A DNA stretch of 64,000 nt from Macrostomum lignano (taxonomy: Eukaryota): positions 62,001 to 126,000 of the forward strand of contig NIVC01000249.1 in NCBI GenBank assembly GCA_002269645.1, given 5' to 3'. Shown piece by piece: positions 54,001-63,000 of this stretch. The position numbers were made by a program, and so were the translations under genes. Within the stretch, counting starts at the first letter, position 1; each line of letters starts with the position of its first letter. The notes beneath the pieces are model-generated. The model worked only from the letters and a program-made list of their open reading frames with translations. It made no database searches and was not told the origin of the DNA.

Positions 54001-57000
54001 CTCCCCATCTCTTTCTTCCCCATTTCACATTCTCCCCATCTCTCTCTCTCTTCCCCATCCTATATTCTCCCCATCTATCTTCCCCATTCCAAATTCTCCC
54101 CATCTCTCTCTTCCCCATCCTATATTCTCCCCATCTATCTTCCCCATTCCAAATTCTCCCCATCTCTCTCTTCCCCATCCCATATTCTTTCCATATCTCT
54201 TCCCCATCCCATATTCTCCCCATCCTATATTCTCCCCATCTCTCTCTCTTCCCATCCCATATTTTCTCCATTTCCGTCTTCCCAATCCACCATTCTCTCC
54301 GTCTGTCTTACTTCTTCCTTAATACACACAGTTCCTTTTTATCAATCTCTTCAACTTTCAACTTCTCCCTTAATTTTACCACCTGTACTCTTTAAAAATT
54401 CCGGCAGTGTAAAAGCACATTTTGGTGTGAATTAAGAAAAATCCGAATTAAAAACAAACTGTCTACTTAAAGTAGATTAGATATGCGAGCAATTTAAAAA
54501 ATTTCATATGCGCTCAGCCTACCTGATGTTACAGTCCCCGGGAAAAGCTACTTTATACTCACAGTCAGTTCACCTCTCGTCTGACTTGCAGTTGAGGCGC
54601 ACCTTTGTGGCCCAGCCGGAATCCCCTGGCTCTCCCAGAGCTCTGAAGGTGATTAATGAAGACCACCTGGCAACCGCCTGCCCCATCGCTCTCCGCCACA
54701 GCTTCCACCCCCCCGTTTAAGTACAGCCTATACTATCTCTATATCTGTAATAAAATTTTAATTTTCAACTCTTTCAAAGGAAGCTAGCTGTCCCTGGAAT
54801 CGGGGTCTAGAGAATAGACACCTGGATTAGAAAGATGGCGACTTAACTATCGAGGGGGGTCTTTTTTCCTTTATTAGAAATTTCTCAAGAAATCTTTGAA
54901 GTTTTCTAACCCGGTCTAACCAATAGGAACTTAACTGTAATGGGAGAGTTGCGACAATCCATAAAAAAGGGGGAGAACTGGACACAGCCCAGCGTTATAG
55001 CACATGCCCTGTCAGTCAAAAAATGGAAGGCTTACTCGCTTCACTCCAGCAAACCGACTCGCACTGCCTGATTGGAAAGAGAGTTCGGCATCTCATCTTC
55101 TCTCGTTACCCCTGCCAGCTGTGCGTGTGTGCGATGTTAGACTCTGCTGAGTTGGACAGCTGCTACTAATTGAGGCCAGAGGCTGAGGCTGGCTGCGACT
55201 CACGGAGAGTGGATTCGGGATGTTTGGCAAATCAAATTTTTGCCAAACTGGGTGCACTATTGAACTAGGGGGGGGGGTGGGTATGTGCTGTGCTTGTAAG
55301 TACGTTTGCAATGCTTTGTTTAATGTACCTTTTAATATCGCATCTTGCTCAAGCTGCTCGCTAGGGAGTGACGTATGGCGGGTGCGAAGGGTGATTTTGA
55401 GAGGGTAATTTAGGCGAGGGTGCTGGGAGGAGAGTGATTTTGGGAGGGTGCTTTGAGGAGGGTGATTTAGGGAGGATGCTTTGAGAAGAGTGATTTAGGG
55501 AGGGTGCTGTGAAGGGGGTGATTTAGGGAGGGTGCTGTGAAGGGGGTGATTTAGGGAGGGTGCTTTGAGGAGAGTGATTTAGGGAGGGTGCTGGGAAGAG
55601 GGTGATTTAGGGAGGGTGCTGTGAGGAGAGTGATTTAGGGAGGGTGCTGGGAAGAGGGTGACTTAGGGAGGTTGCTGTGAGGAGAGTGATTTTGGGGAGG
55701 GTGCTGTGAAGGGGGTGATTTAGGGAGGGTGCTTTGAGGAGAGTGATTTAGGGAGGGTGCTGTGAAGGGGGTGATTTAGGGAGGTTGCTGTGAGGAGAGT
55801 GATTTTGGGGAGGGTGCTGTGAAGGGGGTGATTTAGGGAGGGTGCTTTGAGGAGAGTGATTTAGGGAGGGTGCTGTGAAGGGGGTGATTTAGGGAGGTTG
55901 CTGTGAGGAGAGTGATTTTGGGGAGGGTGCTGTGAAGGGGGTGATTTAGGGAGGGTGCTGTGAAGGGGGTGATTTAGGGAGGGTGCTTTGAGGAGAGTGA
56001 TTTAGGGAGGGTGCTGGGAAGAGGGTGATTTAGGGAGGGTGCTGTGAGGAGAGTGATTTAGGGAGGGTGCTGGGAAGAGGGTGACTTAGGGAGGTTGCTG
56101 TGAGGAGAGTGATTTTGGGGAGGGTGCTGTGAAGGGGGTGATTTAGGGAGGGTGCTTTGAGGAGAGTGATTTAGGGAGGGTGCTGTGAAGGGGGTGATTT
56201 AGGGAGGTTGCTGTGAGGAGAGTGATTTTGGGGAGGGTGCTGTGAAGGGGGTGATTTAGGGAGGGTGCTTTGAGGAGAGTGATTTAGGGAGGGTGCTGTG
56301 AAGGGGGTGATTTAGGGAGGGTGCTTTGAGGAGAGTGATTTAGTGAGGGTGCTGGGAAACCAGCTGGATACTAATATACAATTAATTCTCTCTAAGAGCG
56401 CCCGTGTCATTTCCACGCGCCTCCCATACGTATGTAAAATCACCGTTTGAATATCAGGCTCCCATTGAACCTCACAGAGACTTGCTGATGAATGCAGCGC
56501 TTTATTACATAACAGAGACTGAAGCTGACAAATACAGTTTTAGGTGGGGCCTGCTGCTAGGCCCACTGATTCTCAGAATTCACAGGTTGCAAGTTTGCGG
56601 CTTGAATGCAGGACAGACAGAGTGGCAGAAGCCCGTGTAGGAATAGCGTGACTCGATGGATATTCGACTGCAGTGGAAACAGAGCGTTGAGTCGTGTTTG
56701 AGCGATAGATAAATCGGAGACGAACCACTTTTGATGGAGCGAATTGCGGGCGAGAGACTGTGACACGCACTGCTCAGGTCCTTGTTGAGCCTTCTTGAGG
56801 CTGAATGCAGGAGTCGGTTGTCATCTGTCTGTCTTATGCTCGATTTTCATATTTAATTTTTACTTCGATATATTTTCCACAAATGCATTTTCCCGTCTGT
56901 GAATCTCATTTTCACATCAGTGATCGTGCATTTCATTCTCCCACCAGTGAATCTCATTCTCCCACCAGTGAATCTCACTCTTCCACCAGTGAATCTCATT

Positions 57001-60000
57001 CTCCCATCAGTGAATCCCACTCTTCCACCAGTGAATCTCATTCTCCCATCAGTGAATCTCATTCTCCCACCAGTGAATCTCACTCTTCCACCAGTGAATC
57101 TCATTCTCCCATCAGTGAATCCCACTCTTCCACCAGTGAATCTCATTCTCCCATCAGTGAATCTCACTCTTCCACCAGTGAATCTCATTCTCCCATCAGT
57201 GAATCTCATTCTCCCACCAGTGAATCTCATTCTCCCATCAGTGAATCTCATTCTCCTATCAGTGAATCTCATTCTCCCATCAGTGAATCTCACTCTCCCA
57301 CTAGTGAATCTCATTCTCCCACCAGTGAATCTCATTCTCCTATCAGTGAATCTCATTCTCCCATCAGTGAATCTCACTCTTCCACCAGTGAATCTCACTC
57401 TTCCACCAGTGAATCTCATTCTTCCACCATTGAATCTCATTCTCCCACCAGTGAATCTCATTCTCCCATCAGTGAATCTCATTCTCCCACCAGTGAATCT
57501 TACTCTTCCACCAGTGAATCTCATTCTCCCATCAGTGAATCTCACTCTTCCACCAGTGAATCTCATTCTCCTATCAGGGAATCTCATAACCACATCAGTG
57601 AATCTTACTCTTCCATCAGTGAATCTCATTCCCCCACCAGTGAATCTCATTCTCCCATCAGTGAATCTCACTCTTCCACCAGTGAATCTCATTCACCCAT
57701 CAGTGAATCTCACTCTTCCACCAGTGAATCTCATTCTTCTATCAGTGAATCTCATAACCACATCAGTGAATCTTACTCTTTATCAGTGAATATCATTCCC
57801 ACATCAGTGTCTCATTACAATTCAATAGACCTCATATTCTCCCAGTTCATCCCATTTCTAGCTCACGAATCCCATACACTTGAGCACTGATTCCACAAGT
57901 GCTCCCCCAAAACAGCTGTCAAATTGAAGACTGAAAGCTCTCAAGATTAGAAAATAAAACTTCTAATCGAGTTGCAGAGGAGTCCTCACGGACCACACTG
58001 GCCCATACTTGCACAGACAGACAAACTCTCGACGGCTTCAATAGCAGTAAAAATTCTGCTGGTCATTTTCAATGAGCCGGGCTTTAATCAGAGCAGCCGC
58101 CAAGCGTGTCATGAGGTTCAGGAGGACACCGCCCGCCCGGCAGTACAGTGCATTTAGATGTGCGGCCGTAAAAGTCCGCTGAACAGGAATAAGAGTGCAT
58201 CAACTTCATACTGCATTATATAGTATTGCTGGCTAATTTGGCATCTGCTAACAATTTGGGCCTTGGCTAAACTCGCCAGCTGCAATTTGCAGGCCCGCGA
58301 CGCTGAGCGAATGCGCATCGCTTCCAATATTTGCTGTTTTGAAGGAATTCCTTTGCGTCCCGGCACTTTTCTTTGGGAAGCTTGTTAGCTTTGCGGAAGA
58401 GGGCTTCTGCTCTCTTGTCTCTCACACTCTATTTCTCCCTCTCTATTTCTCCCTCTCTATCTCTCCCACTCTATCTCTCCCGATAGATCTATCCAACTAT
58501 CTCTCTCTATCTCTCCCTCTCCACTCTTCCACTCTATCTCTCTCACACTATTTCTTCCTCTCTATCTCTCCCACTCTAACTCTCCCACTCTCTCTTCCAC
58601 TATATCTCTCCCACTCTATCTCTCCCACTCTCTCTCCCACTCTATCTCTCCCATTCTCTCTCCCACTCTCTCTCCCACTCTCTCTCCCACTCTATCTCTC
58701 CCACTCTCTCTTCCACTCTATCTCTCCCACTCTATCTCTCCCACTCTCTCTTCCACTCTATCTCTCCCACTCTATCTCTCCCACTCTCTCTCCCACTCTA
58801 TCTCTCCCATTCTCTCTCCCACTCTCTCTCCCACTCTCTCTCCCACTCTATCTCTCCCACTCTCTCTTCCACTCTCTCTTCCACTCTATCTCTCCCACTC
58901 TCTCTCCCACTCTATCTCTCCCATTCTCTCTCCCACTCTATCTCCCACTCTATCTCTCCCACTCTATCTCTCCCACTCTCTCTCCCACTCTATCTCTCCC
59001 ACTCTATCTCTCCCACTCTCTCTCCCACTCTATCTCTCCCATTCTCTCTCCCACTCTCTCTCCCACTCTCTCTCTCCCACTCTATCTCTCCCACTCTCTC
59101 TTCCACTCTATCTCTCCCACTCTATCTCTCCCACTCTATCTCTCCCACTCTCTCTTCCACTCTCTCTTCCACTCTATCTCTCCCACTCTCTCTCCCACTC
59201 TATCTCTCCCATTCTCTCTCCCACTCTATCTCCCACTCTATCTCTCCCACTCTATCTCTCCCACTCTTTCTCCCACTCTATCTCTCCCACTCTATCTCTC
59301 CCACTCTCTCTCCCACTCTATCTCTCCCACTCTCTCTTCCACTCTATCTCTCCCACTCTATCTCTCCCACTCTATCTCTCCCACTCTCTCTTCCACTCTC
59401 TCTTCCACTCTATCTCTCCCACTCTATCTCTCCCACTCTATCTCTCCCACTCTCTCTTCCACTCTATCTCTTCCACTCTATCTCTCCCACTCTATCTCTC
59501 CCACTCTATCTCCCACTCTCTCTCCCACTCTATCTCTCCCACTCTCTCTCCCACTCTCTCTTCCACTCTATCTCTCCCACTCTCTCTCCCACTCTATCTC
59601 TCCCATTCTCTCTCCCACTCTATCTCCCACTCTCTCTCCCACTCTATCTCCCACTCTATCTCTCCCACTCTCTCTCACACTCTCTCTCCCACTCTCTCTC
59701 CCACTCTCTCTCCCACTCTCTCTCCCACTCTCTCTCCCACTCTCTCTCCCACTCTATCTCTCCCACTCTCTCTCCCACTCTATCTCTCCCATTCTCTCTC
59801 CCACTCTCTCTCCCACTCTCTCTCTCCCACTCTCTCTCCCACTCTATCTCTCCCACTCTCTCTCCCACTCTATCTCTCCCACTCTCTCTCCCACTCTATC
59901 TCTCCCATTCTCTCTCCCACTCTATCTCCCACTCTCTCTCCCACTCTATCTCCCATTCTCTCTCCCACTCTATCTCCCACTCTCTCTCCCACTCTATCTC

Positions 60001-63000
60001 TCCCATTCTCTCTCCCACTCTATCTCCCACTCTCTCTCCCACTCTATCTCCCACTCTATCTCTCCCACTCTCTCTCCCACTCTATCTCTCCCATTCTCTC
60101 TCCCACTCTATCTCCCACTCTCTCTCCCACTCTATCTCCCACTCTATCTCTCCCACTCTCTCTCACACTCTCTCTCCCACTCTCTCTCCCACTCTCTCTC
60201 CCACTCTATCTCTCCCTCTATATCTATCCAACTATCTCTCTCTATCTCTCCCTCTTTATCTCTCCCACACTATCTATAGCACTCTATCTCTCCCTGTCTA
60301 TCTATTCCACTCTTTCTCTCCCTCTATATTTCTACCTTTCTATCTCTCCCAATCTATCTCTCCCACTCTCTCTCTCCCACTCTATCTCTCCCATTCTATC
60401 TCTCCCTGTCTATGTCTCCTACTCTATCTCTCCCACTCTATCTCTCCCATTCTATATCTCCCTCTCTATCTCTTCCACTCTTCCTCTCCCTCTATATCTA
60501 TACATCTCTATCTCTTCTAATCTATCTCTCACTCTCTATCTCTCCCTGTCTATATTTTCCACTCCATCTCTCCCTCTCTATCTCTCTTGTCTCTATCGCT
60601 TTCTTCGTACCAACTTTTGCCTCTTTCCACCCTCTCCACCTTCTCTGCATGTGTCACACAATAAGGATATTTAAAGTGATTCTCCATAATTCTCTCTGAT
60701 CCCCAGACAATCTCAACGCTTCCTACTTTGATGTAGCAGCCAAGCTCAAGAAAAAAGGTCTACTATAGCATCTCTTCGCTATTTTTAAGGGACCGCACGT
60801 GAGGCCATGCGGAATAAAAAACACAGAATCCCCACAGACACGCGGCATCATCATACAGCATGGCTATGCCTGGTTGTCCGGCTCGCACTGTGACAGTCTA
60901 ACAGTCCAACCCATGGTCACGCTAGGAAGGCTTCGGCTGTCTCGGCCCCCTCCCGGTCTCGCACTTCCGCCCGGCATTGGGAACAGGGGCTCCGGGGCTA
61001 TTGAAGAGGAAGAAGGGGAGGCCAACAAAGACGGAGCACTTCTAATTCTGGGATATCTTCCTCTCGTCTCGATGCAGCCTCATTTAACAAAGTCCATCAT
61101 GCTTTTTATTTATCAGCTGGGATGTAGGCAGACTCGTGTCAAACACACACTTTAACTTGGGAATCGTGCACGGAATTACAATGTTCACTATCATTGGGAG
61201 GACCAACCATCCCAGATCCGAACATCTTGTGGGTGCTCAGGGGCCAGCAGAATGAAACGGGCCCAGCAGGGGGTGCACGGTGGTCGTGGCCTTTTAATCG
61301 CCGAATCAACTAAACTGTCGGCAACACAAGATAATTGCCCAATTAACTCATCAAGTTCCATTTAACTAAAAGCTTTATTTGCATACAAGCGGAATGGCTA
61401 AGTCAATGAATTCAAGGCTGACAGGGGAAATCGCTGAGATTTCAAGGCTCACATGGAATTTCTGAGATGTCAAGGCTCACAGGGGGAATTTCTGATATGT
61501 CAAGTCTCACGGGGGGAATTTCTGAGATGTCAAGTCTCACATGGAATTTCTGAGATGTCAAGTCTCACGGGGGGGACTTCTGAGTTGTCAAGTCTCATAA
61601 GGGGAATTTCTGAGATGTCAAGGCCAACGGGGGAATCGCTGAGATATCAAGGCTCACGGGGGGATTTCTGAGATGTCAAGGCTGAGGGGGGAATTTCTGA
61701 GATATCAAGGCTCACGGGAAGATTTCTGAGATGTCAAGGCTGACAGGGGGAATTGCTGAGATGTCAAGGCTACCGGGGGGAATCGCTGAGATGTCAAGGC
61801 TGACAGGGGGAATTGCTGAGATGTCAAGGCTACCGGGGGGAATCGCTGAGATGTCAAGGCTGACAGGGGGAATTGCTGAGATGTCAAGGCTACCGGGGGG
61901 AATTGCTGAGATGTCAAGGCTGACAGGGGGAATTGCTGAGATGTCAAGGCTGACAGGGGGAATTGCTGAGATGTCAAGGCTACCGGGGGGAATCGCTGAG
62001 ATGTCAAGGCTGACAGGGGGAATTGCTGAGATGTCAAGGCTACCGGGGGGAATTGCTGAGATGTCAAGGCTGACAGGGGGAATTGCTGAGATGTCAAGGC
62101 TGACAGGGGGAATTGCTGAGATGTCAAGGCTACCGGGGGGAATCGCTGAGATGTCAAGGCTGACAGGGGGAATTGCTGAGATGTCAAGGCTACCGGGGGG
62201 AATCGCTGAGATGTCAAGGCTGACAGGGGGAATTGCTGAGATGTCAAGGCTGACAGGAGGAATTGTTGAGATGTCAAGACTGAGAGGTCAGAAGCAGCAT
62301 GTAGTTTATTTAAAAAATGTATTCCATTCTTTGTTGGCTCCCCAACGGGAGGTGCTGATTGCTAGTAAAGGGCTATTTTTTTATCAACTAAGCTGTAGGC
62401 AGTCAGTCAGGATAATTGCCTAATTAACTCATCAAGATACATTTAACTATATCAAAGCTTTATTTGCATACAAGCGGAATTGGAACTCGACCTTTAGCCA
62501 GAGGCGTCAATAAAAGCGTCAATCTAAAATCGTCAGTCTTCGCGCCAGCAGACCAATTTAAAACACAAAAAAGTTGCGATTAACTCGACTTACATTCCGA
62601 ACTGGCGGCCGGACCTGCGAAATGAAGAAAAAAGGCAATAAACTGCATTTTTATTTGTCTGCATGATGCAGTTGAGTCACAATTAGTAACTGCTTTTACT
62701 GTACTAATATAAAATATAAGGGAAAGTTGGGAAAATCTACGACAGGCGCTAATGGCACGCGATGATGCTGGTCAATTTTGGGCGAGTTGCTACATCCGAA
62801 GACAATCGATTATTTTGTAGTCAAGGAAAGCTAGGATGGAAGCCACTCGGCCCGAATAATCAATCTGACTGCATTAAAACCGCTTTAGAGAAGGGAGAGA
62901 GAGGTGTCGACTTGATAACCGAGACGGGGACGGCAATCTTCAACTGGAGAAATATCACTGGGCACGGCAAAATGTGACTACGTAATGCCCAGACAGTTGG

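Noticed and set aside
56805-57890. 361-aa Ser/His-rich ORF (SESHSPT repeats) resembling an RNA polymerase II CTD or mucin
   Set aside because: 21-bp minisatellite open in several frames on both strands, within a Fat-like intron; no unique flanking domain.
58339-60279. 646-aa Ser/Leu/Pro ORF
   Set aside because: CT-rich satellite lacking stops by composition.
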